DNA of 64,000 bases from Tubulanus polymorphus (Eukaryota; Animalia; Nemertea), in NCBI RefSeq assembly GCF_964204645.1, contig NC_134031.1, positions 19,909,910-19,973,909 of the forward strand, given 5' to 3'. Below are positions 12,401-22,123 of the stretch, piece after piece. The notes under the pieces were generated by a model that saw only the letters and a list, made by a program, of their open reading frames with translations, was not told the origin of the DNA and did not search any database. Numbering within the stretch: the first letter of the stretch is position 1; every line of letters begins with the position of its first letter. Position numbers and translations under genes: made by a program.

Positions 12401-14048
12401 TTCGTAACTATCTTCAAGAAGGCCATCATCGGTTTTATCTAAAGTTCTCGCCCAGAAAAAGCTTGATCCTAATTTCAGAGATTCCTGTAGTTTTTAGGTT
12501 AAAGGCCAAGCATTTATGATGCTATGTAAACAAGCTTATTGCCAGTATATATAGCCTAGTGATAGGTTATATAGTATTTCACTGAAAATCTGGAACAGGA
12601 AATTCAACAGACGTTTAAAAATCCAATGACATTCACTCGAAAAAGTTGATTCCAAGAGATGAGAAGATACTGAGTTCATCTATTAACCCCCCACAATGTT
12701 CAAACATTCAAATAGTGCGTTCTGTCAAAATAAAACTTCCAGTTTAATACCCCCCCTGGGAGTCACAGGGTACAGACCTGTATTGACCAGTGTTGAGCTT
12801 GATAACCTGCAGGTTAACTCAGCAACCCTGGACTCAAGGATCAAGTTGAAACTGTTTCAAGAAAAATCAAGCCCCACATACTCTGAAGTTTCAAGAACAT
12901 TTTTGCATGAATTCAATTCTGTGTCTTACAATTCATTACATATAAGCCTAGGCTTATATTGGACCCAATGAAGGAATGAGCTGATAGCTATGTAGCCACT
13001 TAACACTAAGAGATTAGATCAATATTGTTTGAAGGTTAAACAGTTTTATCTCAGACACGAATGAAATGAGAAAGTGACTCTATGTAGTTTAGTGTATAAG
13101 ACTGTTTTCACAGTTACTCACTGGAATTTCCGATTAAAATATTCATCTTCATTGAAATAGTTTGCTTTTATTATAGAAAGTCCATGGTTTTATGAGGAAA
13201 TTACATGAGTCTACTAAACCTACACAACTTACACATCATACACTTATAGGTTTTCTAATTCAAAAATTAGGCAGATCAATCATCCTAAACAGAACTTAAT
13301 TGTGCCTAGAAGTTTAGAATGAGGAGTTATATTTACGAAGCCATATTTAAAATATAATAGGCCTAGTACATTCATGGAATGGTTAGTTTAACTAGCAAGG
13401 ATCCCTCAGAACTATGGGCAGGTGCTGGATTACTGGATTTGCTAAAGGAACATTTATTCAGGGATTAATCTTTGAGTCAAACTCTGGTTAGGCCATTTTC
13501 CTGCTATGTGATGCCTATGAAGGACAGCAAGTCAAACCAGAACCCGTAAAAAAACCCAGTTTCTCCGATCAATACTCACCGAGACGTAGCGTCAAGTTAA
13601 CACTCTCCGGATATTGTATTCTTTCGTACATTGTCTGCGACTGCCACCACGTTTGATTATCATTGTTGTTATAATCGGTGAGTAACCGAGGAGGATGTTC
13701 TAGCCTCGGATCACTGGCGTCGCAGTACGCGCACGACTGTTTCGCGCCCGTTACGCCCGTCTGGCGACAGTATCGTATCCGCGGGTTACCGCAAGTGTTC
13801 GTCGCGTGAACCGGTAAATTGAACGCCGCGTTCACGAACTCGGGCATGCAGCGCTGCGGCTTTCCGTTCAGATCGTAACACGAGCTCGGTCGCCGGCGAC
13901 TGCTGCTGCCTCTGCTGTTTTCCTGCGCATTTAATCCACCATTTAAACTGATTATTTCGATAAGAACGATTATTACGATTAATGATGTTTTAAAACCGAC
14001 AGTTGTTAGGAGCGGCGCCGTCGCCTGTAAATTCCTTTCTCTCACCAT
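101..14048 (-). CDS. LAMC1: Laminin subunit gamma-1 (5' part; 18 exons; continues beyond left edge)
   Basis: Exons (minus): 13580-14048, 9672-9973, 8968-9098, 6820-6998, 5451-5757, 4918-5025, 4459-4595, 4225-4347, 3555-3857, 3111-3338, 2811-2996, 2478-2607, 2170-2282, 1743-1898, 1410-1562, 1152-1289, 520-711, 101-410. All introns are GT-AG and the phases join into one frame: signal peptide, LN domain ([32 protein letters not shown]), LE repeats, L4 domain ([11 protein letters not shown]), nidogen-binding LE ([17 protein letters not shown]), start of coiled coil ([16 protein letters not shown]). Confidence 0.96.
520..711 (-). CDS. LAMC1: Laminin gamma-1 exon 17 (start of coiled coil)
   Basis: [30 protein letters not shown]...DTDFKYRL. 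Confidence 0.93.
870..995 (-). mobile_element. Degenerate tRNA-derived SINE head
   Basis: Minus-strand B box GGTTCAAATCC (922-932) with an A-box-like TGGTTCATTG upstream. Confidence 0.45.
1152..1289 (-). CDS. LAMC1: Laminin gamma-1 exon 16
   Basis: [38 protein letters not shown]. Confidence 0.92.
   Translation of the reverse strand, partial: RVIVILKDQLTYNAMKAVSVRVNRLSLDGRVTSAKKTNSTSLLVV
1410..1562 (-). CDS. LAMC1: Laminin gamma-1 exon 15
   Basis: [37 protein letters not shown]...GFGSEGC. Confidence 0.92.
1743..1898 (-). CDS. LAMC1: Laminin gamma-1 exon 14
   Basis: CNCYGPGS...[29 protein letters not shown]. Confidence 0.92.
2170..2282 (-). CDS. LAMC1: Laminin gamma-1 exon 13
   Basis: [28 protein letters not shown]. 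Confidence 0.94.
2478..2607 (-). CDS. LAMC1: Laminin gamma-1 exon 12 (nidogen-binding LE start)
   Basis: [16 protein letters not shown]...[16 protein letters not shown]. Confidence 0.93.
2811..2996 (-). CDS. LAMC1: Laminin gamma-1 exon 11 (LE)
   Basis: [38 protein letters not shown]. Confidence 0.94.
3111..3338 (-). CDS. LAMC1: Laminin gamma-1 exon 10
   Basis: [11 protein letters not shown]...[23 protein letters not shown]...[14 protein letters not shown]. Confidence 0.93.
3555..3857 (-). CDS. LAMC1: Laminin gamma-1 exon 9 (L4)
   Basis: [19 protein letters not shown]...[15 protein letters not shown]...[13 protein letters not shown]. Confidence 0.94.
4225..4347 (-). CDS. LAMC1: Laminin gamma-1 exon 8 (L4)
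   Basis: [11 protein letters not shown]...DPVYFTLP; phase-compatible AG/GT. Confidence 0.88.
4459..4595 (-). CDS. LAMC1: Laminin gamma-1 exon 7
   Basis: [34 protein letters not shown]. Confidence 0.92.
4918..5025 (-). CDS. LAMC1: Laminin gamma-1 exon 6 (LE)
   Basis: [32 protein letters not shown]. Confidence 0.9.
5451..5757 (-). CDS. LAMC1: Laminin gamma-1 exon 5 (LE)
   Basis: [37 protein letters not shown]...[10 protein letters not shown]. Confidence 0.94.
6820..6998 (-). CDS. LAMC1: Laminin gamma-1 exon 4 (LE)
   Basis: [10 protein letters not shown]...[28 protein letters not shown]. Confidence 0.94.
8968..9098 (-). CDS. LAMC1: Laminin gamma-1 exon 3 (end of LN domain)
   Basis: [23 protein letters not shown]...[12 protein letters not shown]; not in the ORF track. 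Confidence 0.93.
9182..9475. mobile_element. Inverted pair of tRNA-derived SINE-like arms
   Basis: Arm 9182-9268 is the approximate reverse complement of arm 9402-9475; both carry the B box GGTT(C/T)GAATCC. Confidence 0.8.
9672..9973 (-). CDS. LAMC1: Laminin gamma-1 exon 2 (LN domain)
   Basis: [26 protein letters not shown]...[15 protein letters not shown]; AG/GT boundaries in phase. Confidence 0.95.
10945..11143. mobile_element. PIF/Harbinger-like MITE (family A)
   Basis: Ends CCGCGATTACAC...GCATGATCAGCGC-TTA; internal TTGGCAC/GGCC motifs and GAGTGAGTGGTTT shared with copies at ~34565 and ~58026. Confidence 0.6.
13580..14048 (-). CDS. LAMC1: Laminin gamma-1 exon 1 (signal peptide, start of LN domain)
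   Basis: ATG at 14048; [14 protein letters not shown]...TWWQSQTM...LTLRLG; donor G|GTGAGT. Confidence 0.95.
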
Positions 14049-14350
14049 TCTCTTGTCGATCTCGAGCTGATAACTCCTCTACCGGCACCAGTTTCACACG
14101 ACCGCTACGGCTCGACTGCAAGTGAAATCGCTGAACAGGATTCAGTAATTCGAGTGTGGAGCGCGTGTGGAGCTCATCGGAATACACGCGGAATAGGACA
14201 CCGGAATCTGATTCACCGGGTGGAACAGAAGGAACAGAACACGGAACCTAGGCTCACGTTAATAGACTGGTTGCCTGTGAATTCGCAAACCGGAGGTACA
14301 CGGAAAAATAAAACGGTGGAGTTTTGAATCGGAAAAGGCCCCGGTGCTCA
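14049..14350 (-). promoter_or_regulatory. CpG-rich 5'UTR/promoter of laminin gamma-1
   Basis: CpG-dense segment directly upstream of the ATG, contrasting with the AT-rich flanks. Confidence 0.5.
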
Positions 14351-16053
14351 GGACCACTCAGAGAATCTGCAGTTGATGATTTCGGGCTGTAAATCGAATA
14401 GAATATTGTATGACTGATGATTCAGATGTAAATGAAGTGCTCTGGTTGAGTAAAATCAGCCAGGTTATCAGAGAACGTGGCAGGAATTATTATGTATGGA
14501 TAAACCAAACCTGTGATAGTTCAACGCTTGAATTTTATTTAGAAATGACTCCGATCAATATGTACAAAACTGGACAAAACACCAATAACGATAACCGACG
14601 CCTATTATTATACGATATTTTTGGAAGCTTTTTTAATTTAAAATCCCAATACTTACCCAAGATATATGTAGGAAGGCCAAATGCTATAAAAATGCACGAA
14701 TGAATAATAATTGTCAAAAAGAATTTAGCAATATTCATAGTTGAGAAAATCGTTTCAAGTAGTGAAAGCAATACATAAATTTATGTGGTAAGTAGCTATA
14801 ATTTATATTTTGATATTGATTGGATGCCAATTTCGAGTAGTAATAAAAGCTAATGTTAAGTAGAAAAAACGTTAAGTAAAGGTCTGACACGCATCAATGT
14901 GCCCGCTGTGGCATGCGAGTAATGAGTTGGCTCACAAATTGGGCAAAATCATATCTACTCGTTTTTTTTATGGAACCCTGCGTCCATCAAAACAACAAAA
15001 GCTTGTAATCAGTCCAAATGAAAGCTACTAAGTTGGTCACAGTGTTGAAAGACTTCGTGCAATGAACGACTCGGAACCGTCTGCCCTTACCCGGCCTGAA
15101 GTACAGAATACTGCGCTATGCAATGATCAAACGTTATAAACTCGTACACGGAAAAGTCAGACAAAAACTGTTGTTTAAATTTGATGAAAGTCGATGGAAT
15201 TCCTGCAGACACCTCTTAAACTTACCATACTCCGTTATAACAGATTACATTTCAGAATCAACTAATTCAAATATTATTCATTTATCTTTAAATCAAAGCA
15301 GGAAAATTGTTGTTATTGATCAGCGATTTTGGGTGATTGGTGACGGTATCGGAGATAACTTTCGACTGGTTATCATATTGCCGACAACGCATATAAATAG
15401 ACGATGTGTTATTTTACAAGGCGTCAATAAACTTTCAAGTAGGCAATTGATACCTTATTTCTTCTTTCTGTTGGCTAAAAAGTTGACCCAGCCTGCGGCC
15501 TATCTACCTCGTACATTACTTTTTTCTTAAAATTCATGATCAAGCTTACAATAGCCGAACCGGCAACTATAGAAATGAACTGATCGCAAATTTTATTGCG
15601 ATAACAAAATTACCCGGCCGATTAGTAGACACAAGATATAATTTTTAGCCGGTTTTCTCATTCTCGCTCTAGATAGAGTATAGAAAATTCTAACATGTAC
15701 AGAGAAACCTAGTCAGTAACCTGTCAGTGGTTTAGTTTCACGATCGGATATTTTCACAAACCACGTTGGTATAAGCCCATCCGAGGCTTACCACCAACGA
15801 TTAGGTAACTAACTAAGAGAAAACCCTATACGTAACGATTGCGTGAAATTATGTGGCGCACGCCAAAATGCTTTAGTACAAGAACGGTCCAAAGTGGACC
15901 TATGGTCAATAAAAAGATTGTGCATGGGCGGTCCATGAAAGAAGATTATCTGCTAGAGACTTGACCGCCTTACGATTACGATTCATGAGATGCGTCATCT
16001 CTAAAAATATCATTGCTAAGCGATATGGATTGATTTAATCTCACGCAAACTGA

Positions 16054-16264
16054 CGAATTACTTTATTTCTAAATTTTGCAAAATAGCCTTCGCTGCATCT
16101 GAAAAGAAAATCTATATTTTCTACACTCGTTTTTCAAATACACGCACCGAATAACTCGCGCCGAATTACTTTATTTTTATGAATTTGCAATAGCCTTCGC
16201 TGCATCTGAAAAGAAAATCTATAATACATTTCACAACTTGTTTTCAAAACATCCACTCGCACCG
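16054..16264 (+). repeat. Imperfect ~110 bp direct tandem duplication upstream of the GPCR
   Basis: CGAATTACTTTATTT...AATAGCCTTCGCTGCATCTGAAAAGAAAATCTATA...GTTTTCAAA..CGCACCG occurs at ~16054 and ~16163. Confidence 0.85.
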
Positions 16265-16385
16265 TTATATATTAGCGCATTCATTCGATGTAAAAATATC
16301 GGGGGTATTATTAGGAGATACGCGTGTGAAAATTAGTGCTAATAGAATTTCATTTAGAGTACAACAGTCCGAGTGGAATGAAATA

Positions 16386-17339
16386 ATGAATGTCACACAA
16401 CGTAAAGTGTACGTGTCGTTTATAGAGAAATGGATCACGTCGGGGTTCGTTATGCCGCCGATTCTCATAGTGGGACTCATTTTCAACGCGATGGTCATCG
16501 TTGTGTTCCAGAAAATGAAAACTAGAAACCGCTGCATCGAGTTACTGAAATGCCTCGCAGTCGTCGACATTATGTATTTGTTGGCGAAAATTGTGCGGGA
16601 CCCGGTACGGTATTATATCCACTACGCGCGGTATGGAGACAGGATCACGGAATTTCCACCTTTCCGAATATCCCCGTTTATCTATATATGGGTGGCTATG
16701 TTTACCAGCGGATTTCTGATGTTTCGTAACTATCTCGTTGTTATAATTCAATGTGAAAGATTGGTTACTATACTTTTTCCGCTGCACGTAAAACGTAGCT
16801 TAAAGTTGGTCGTCGCCATTTTGGGTGTAATTTCAATCGCGTTTGGTTCGTATTACCCGATCACTATGAAGGTCATAGCGCAATATGAATTTCGATATTT
16901 TCGCGGGCTTCATTACGAGGCGGTTTTTGTTGGAAAGTATTCAAAAATTCGTAAAATCATCAACCGATACGTCGAACCAATCGCGCGCATTCTTGTTCCA
17001 AACGTCTTAGTTTTCACGGCAAACATAGCTCTCATTATTATCTTATTTAGAAAGATGGAGCAACGGAAATCTCTGTCGGCAACCAAGACCGGGACATCTC
17101 AAAATCAGACGAAGGCCACTAAAATGGTGCTTTCGATGAGTATCATTTTCACGATTCTCGAATTTCCAGCTTTAGTCGGTAAAGTTGGCGGAAAACATCG
17201 ACCTTACAAACGACCATTTAACACCGCTTATCAGTTAACAGCCATTATCAATTCCTGTGTAAATTTTATTCTCTATGCAGTTGTGAACAAAGATTTCAGA
17301 AACGTTTTGTTTCGCATATTGAAAATCCAGGCAAACTAG
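16386..17339 (+). CDS. Intronless class A GPCR, FMRFamide-receptor/srw-like orphan (~317 aa)
   Basis: Seven hydrophobic segments; GLIFN (TM1), LAVVD (TM2), CERLVTILFPL (TM3/ICL2), KATKMV..FTILEFP (TM6), INSCVNFILYAVVNKDFR (TM7/H8). Likely ATG is 16386 (MNVT, N-glycosylation site) rather than the GTG at 16326. Confidence 0.88.
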   Translation: MNVTQRKVYVSFIEKWITSGFVMPPILIVGLIFNAMVIVVFQKMKTRNRCIELLKCLAVVDIMYLLAKIVRDPVRYYIHYARYGDRITEFPPFRISPFIYIWVAMFTSGFLMFRNYLVVIIQCERLVTILFPLHVKRSLKLVVAILGVISIAFGSYYPITMKVIAQYEFRYFRGLHYEAVFVGKYSKIRKIINRYVEPIARILVPNVLVFTANIALIIILFRKMEQRKSLSATKTGTSQNQTKATKMVLSMSIIFTILEFPALVGKVGGKHRPYKRPFNTAYQLTAIINSCVNFILYAVVNKDFRNVLFRILKIQAN

Positions 17340-18632
17340 TTTTGTTGCTTCAGAGGCAAAGAATCACTAGAGACCATTTTTAGGCAGGCCTATTCTGAAA
17401 TAACGAACGGGTTTATCCCAAATAATGATAATCAGTTTATCATCAATCTCCTCAAAGCGAATCTTTGAGGAACTAAACGCCCGGTGTTTGAAAATGCACG
17501 GCCCCTGGGCGGTCCGGCTCCGCAGGGCGATGTCAATGATCTAAGTTCTATCTCCAAAAATCTTAATTCATTGAGGCCAGGTATGAAAAGAATACCGCAA
17601 TTACCCATTACTGGAACTCACAAAAATGGCGAGGAGCATGGCGGTATTCACAGTTGTCAGTTTCGCGGCGATTATAGTCTACAGTGCCCGAATCCACTTA
17701 CCGCAAATCACGCGTACCGTGACTTTCAAAACGATAACCTTCGATTATGGTTTTCTCAAGGTTGCGTGGACCCGGAAATAATCACTGTAAGGCCAAAACA
17801 AAATAAATTCACAAACCATATTTTTATCGAACGCGGATTCAGTTCGTTAACGGGTGAGAAAATTTATAACCTTTTATTGTAACAAGTGAGCGTGAGCCGT
17901 TTTGTTCCCTGCCTGGCCCTGGTGATGACATCACCATCTGTATCCCTCTGCTCTGCCTCTCTGTCTGGTGCGCGCGCGCGGAACTGCGAAGGTTTATCTG
18001 ACACGATGATGTATACGGGTTCCCCTGGCCTATAAACAGTGATAAACCCTACAGCCGTTGTTTGGGATGAATGAGAGACTAGAACCTGAAGGAAGTGACA
18101 CACACAACTTTTCTTAGACAGGCATTTGAATTATATATGATGAACATCCATTCAGACCATTGAGTTCTAATGTTCAGACGTAAATGAATGCTGAAAAAAT
18201 GGCATAATAACGTTGAAAATCCACTAGCTAGACCCTATAAAAAAACAGATCTCATCCTTTGATGAATAGCCTGATATTCTTCATCATCTGCCATGTATTG
18301 AATTACCTCAGATCCAAAATAAGTTATCGTACCAACAGGCTGAGCTTAACTTTTTGACTTTCTTTTTTTCGAAGGGTAGACTGAAATCTAGACTGAATTG
18401 CAGTTGGTATTGTCTGGATCCAACACTTGATCGGGACGAAAATAGAAATATAAATAAACTAAAATTATTTTGTTACTATTAATACTATTAAATACTATTG
18501 AGCTTTCTTCATTAATATCTTGAATATAAATGAAGAAAGTTTGTGTCTATTTCATACCGATGTTCACTGATTACAATTTGTAGGAGTGTGCTATATAAGA
18601 GAATCGATGATTTTTATTTTCTCATGTAGATA

Positions 18633-19522
18633 ATGGCTGGTTTGGAAGCGGTTGGAATACCGGGAAGCGATGCTCTGAGCGAAGCACTCACGAGTTGTAC
18701 CGACCCTCTCGCCGCTATCGAAGAATTTCAACTGCAAAACGGAATTCTGCTGCCATCGCTGCGTCCGGCGCTGCCTTTCCTCGATCTACACGGCGTCAAC
18801 CGACTCGAATTCCATAATTCCGTCATGGAGGAACTCCGCGAGAGTCTTCTAACGAAGATCGGCGATCTGGCGAACAGCGCCGATATTCCCGACAAGCATA
18901 AACGCCTGAACGATCTGCTGCAGAAATGTTTCCCGGTCGTGAAAAACAAACTGTTGCAGCCGGTCGTGATGGGTCTGTTGAAACACATCACGAATATTCG
19001 CGACGATTATTTAACTCAAATACTCGAAGACAAAGATCTGTATAACGAATGCGCGGTCGAAGTTAAGCGTCAAATTTGGCAAGACAACAAAGAGCTGTTC
19101 GGCGAGGAAATTCAACCGTTGTTTCAACAGTATATCGTCGAGAAAGAGAAACTCCTGCTCAATCACGAGTTGACGCAGCATTCGTTTTATTCGCAGGCGC
19201 CGAAAAATCGTCGCCAACACGAAATCGTTCAGAAACTCGTGACGATGGTCGGCAAAAATACGCGCATTTACGAAATGCTTTTGATCTGCTTGAAAAATCT
19301 CTACCTGCGCAGTCGTAATCATCACTACTGCACGCTGCGAACGGAGGTCCTGATGGCGCTTCACGACCTCGAGATTCACGAAGTGTGCAACGTCGATCCG
19401 TGTCATAAATTCGCGTGGTGTTTAGACGCTTGTATTCGCGAGAAATACGTCGACTCGAAACGAGCGAGAGAACTTCAGGGTTTCCTCGACTGCATCAAAC
19501 GCGGCCAGGAACACGTTCTCGG
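18633..19522 (+). CDS. NELFB: NELF-B coding exon 1
   Basis: Acceptor AG at 18628-18629, ATG at 18633, donor GG|GTAAAA. Confidence 0.95.
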
Positions 19523-21847
19523 GTAAAAGCAGCTAATTGGTTTCTTATGGGATCTCTAAGCTTCGCAGTGTGGCCGCTGACCTGATTGAGACCTATTGAC
19601 AAATTGTTCCAAAACCTGGAAAACTCTGGGAATTCAGATAATGCTATTGACCACTCGTTTCTTAATCAATACATCATTCATGAAGAATGAATTTATTGTA
19701 AAATTTTGAACCAAGAAATTTCTCCTATCACCTGAAGATTCACTCAGGAATTTTGTAATCAAACATGTAAAACTCAGTGAATTTGTAAAATAGGAGGAAG
19801 GTGGCCACCCTGTGCTTGTCTCTTAAAATCGAATTTCTGGTCCTGGTGAGCTGGTCTTTTGCTAAAACATGAATAAATTTGTTATTTTCAGACAGCTTTC
19901 TCTGATACTGTGTGACCCGTATGCTATGCATACACTAGGAATGTCCATTATGAAAGCTCTACAACATTCAGTCAACACCGAGGCCTTACCCAGGGTAAGT
20001 TCACACCTGCTCCGGAGAATGAGTGTAATTAACAAGAATAGCATGTTCAAAACAGAATTGAATCAAGCGTATTATTATTTTTAGGATAACGGGGAGTTGA
20101 TTGTACTGTTGCGATTGCTTTGCCTCGGTATTCAAGCTTGGGATCTCGTGGATGGTGCTGTATATAGAGAACCAAAACTGGTACGTATTCGATACCATAG
20201 ACTCCTAACACGAACCAATGGGGACAAGTGATTTTTGTTGAGTCTGGAGATTATATGAGTTAAACGATGAAATTCAATTCACATTCCGTTGCAAAGATTC
20301 TTGTTCGAGTTATTAGAGATGAATTGACTTGAAAGCATCAACTTAAGAGGAATCTACTGTAGTTTCAATCATAAATCAAATCTAAATACTATTTCTCATA
20401 GATTTCAGTTCTAAACTAGTCTTTGGACTTCAGACAGTTACATCAATCAGGGTCCTTTAAACCTCCTTTAAAAAACCCCTTTAAAACTGCTGCAATTTTG
20501 AGAAATAGGCAACTAGAAATTTTTGTCTAGTTTGTAGTAGACTAGCTCTAAATCAATACAGTCGGGACCTCAATTTCTTTTACCCAATTAAGCGGTTTAC
20601 CAAATTAATGGTTTACCGAGATAAACAATATCGATTTAGGAGGTGTCTATTGTTTGTATGAATTCTACATTAATGAACTGTTTAATTTTAGGAGCCGCCG
20701 TTGATGATTAAATTCCTGCCCGGTCTCATGTCTCTGATGGTCGACGAATCAATTCTGGCGACGATCGCTAAATTCGGTCCCGACGAACCGGTGCCGTTGT
20801 TGACGTCGGTGCCCGATTTCTTCGTGTCGTACATGTTGCACTGTCCGATCGCGAGCCTCGTCGCGATGCAGTACACGTTGCAGACGGCGCGACAGAGGAA
20901 CCGCGCGGCGCTCAGTCGTACCCTGCCGTGTTTATTGAAATGTGAAAACGAACGTTCTCTCGAGGACACGTTTCTGCACACGCTCGTCTCGTATCTCATA
21001 TTCATGAGCGATGATTTCAGCCACGAAGAATTCTGTATAACGGTATTCGACGACTTTTTCATGGTAAGATTTTAGAATTCGCGGTTCAAAGCGTCTCTTC
21101 CATCTTTATCAGAATTATATGTACATACCAGCAGGGTTCATAGCTAGTATCCAAAGTGTTTAATTTTGAAGAAATTTACTTAGGACCTTAAAAAGTGCTT
21201 ACTTTTTACAAAAATTACTGAAAGTGCTAACAAAGTGCTTACTTTTCACTTTTGGTATCCCAAATTATTTGTTTCGACAACTACCTGTTATAGATGAGGA
21301 CCGCGGTTTTAAATGATAAAAAAGTGTCACTTGTGCCTTTTAGCCAAGTGCTTACTTTTACTATTGCAAAATGGTTAAAAACGCTTATTTTTTTGCCTCA
21401 GCCTTACCTGTTTGCTACTTAATAAACTGGCCCGAAAGAAAAGTAAAATGTCATTGATTTTCAAAATGAAAACGAATTGGTTTTGTTTTTTGCAGCCGTC
21501 AATATCGAAAGAGAACGTGATGCGTCACTTACTGCGATTGCTGTATCACGTGCATCATAAAATGCCTGGTAAACGATTGGATAATCTGATGACTATCATC
21601 GAACCAGGAACCGAGGTAAATTTCATTATTCGAGCGTCAAAATATTCTGTTTCCTTCATTCAGATGTTGCAAAAACACATTCATCAATTTTCTAATGTAT
21701 TTTCAGCACAGTGAAGCCGTCCATGAGACGTATAAAGTTGTGAACGATAAAATTCAATCTTATCAACCGAGTCCTACGCCTCAACCTGAACAACAGTTAG
21801 ATTCACCGCTGATGAGTGTACCAGCTCCAACTCCTCGTCCGGTATAA
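18633..21847 (+). CDS. NELFB: Negative elongation factor B (COBRA1), 573 aa, 6 coding exons
   Basis: Exons 18633-19522, 19892-19994, 20085-20180, 20692-21063, 21496-21615, 21707-21847 total 1722 nt, in frame, GT-AG. Motifs NGILLPSLRPALPFLDLHG, HYCTLRTEVLMALHD, DPCHKFAWCLDACIRE, ENVMRHLLRLL, C-terminal SPLMSVPAP. Confidence 0.96.
19892..19994 (+). CDS. NELFB: NELF-B coding exon 2
   Basis: QLSLILCDPYAMHTL...EALPR; donor GTAAGT. Confidence 0.92.
20085..20180 (+). CDS. NELFB: NELF-B coding exon 3
   Basis: DNGELIVLLRLLCLGIQAWDLVDGAVYREPKL. Confidence 0.92.
20692..21063 (+). CDS. NELFB: NELF-B coding exon 4
   Basis: KFLPGLMSLMVD...DTFLHTLV...EEFCITVFDDFF. Confidence 0.92.
21496..21615 (+). CDS. 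NELFB: NELF-B coding exon 5
   Basis: SKENVMRHLLRLLYHVHHKM. Confidence 0.92.
21707..21847 (+). CDS. NELFB: NELF-B terminal coding exon
   Basis: HSEAVHETY...LDSPLMSVPAPTPRPV-stop (TAA 21845-21847). Confidence 0.88.
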   Translation, partial: HSEAVHETYKVVNDKIQSYQPSPTPQPEQQLDSPLMSVPAPTPRPV

Positions 21848-22117
21848 ACGTGCTCCAACTCCAAACATGAACCTTCACTCACTCAGAAATATGAAGTTAA
21901 TTTTTCATTTCATGTCACGAAATGAGGATAGAATTAATCTGTCTTTATATCGTTTTCTGATGTATCGTTTTACTTAGCTGATGGCATTTCTAAAATCGGG
22001 ATTTTTAAATTGCATCAATAGTTTGAAAGTGTATACATAGGTAAACATAAAGAATTTTGCTAAAATTAAATTTTATTTTTGTGCATTTATTAGTTCAAAT
22101 AATTGGCTTTATCTGTG

Positions 22118-22123
22118 AATAAA
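22118..22123 (+). terminator. Candidate polyadenylation signal of NELF-B
   Basis: AATAAA ~270 bp after the stop, followed by GT-rich sequence. Confidence 0.45.

Noticed and set aside
16265-19406. Antisense and alternative-frame ORFs over the GPCR and NELF-B (and similar ones over laminin exons)
   Set aside because: Shadows of real coding exons with no recognisable motifs
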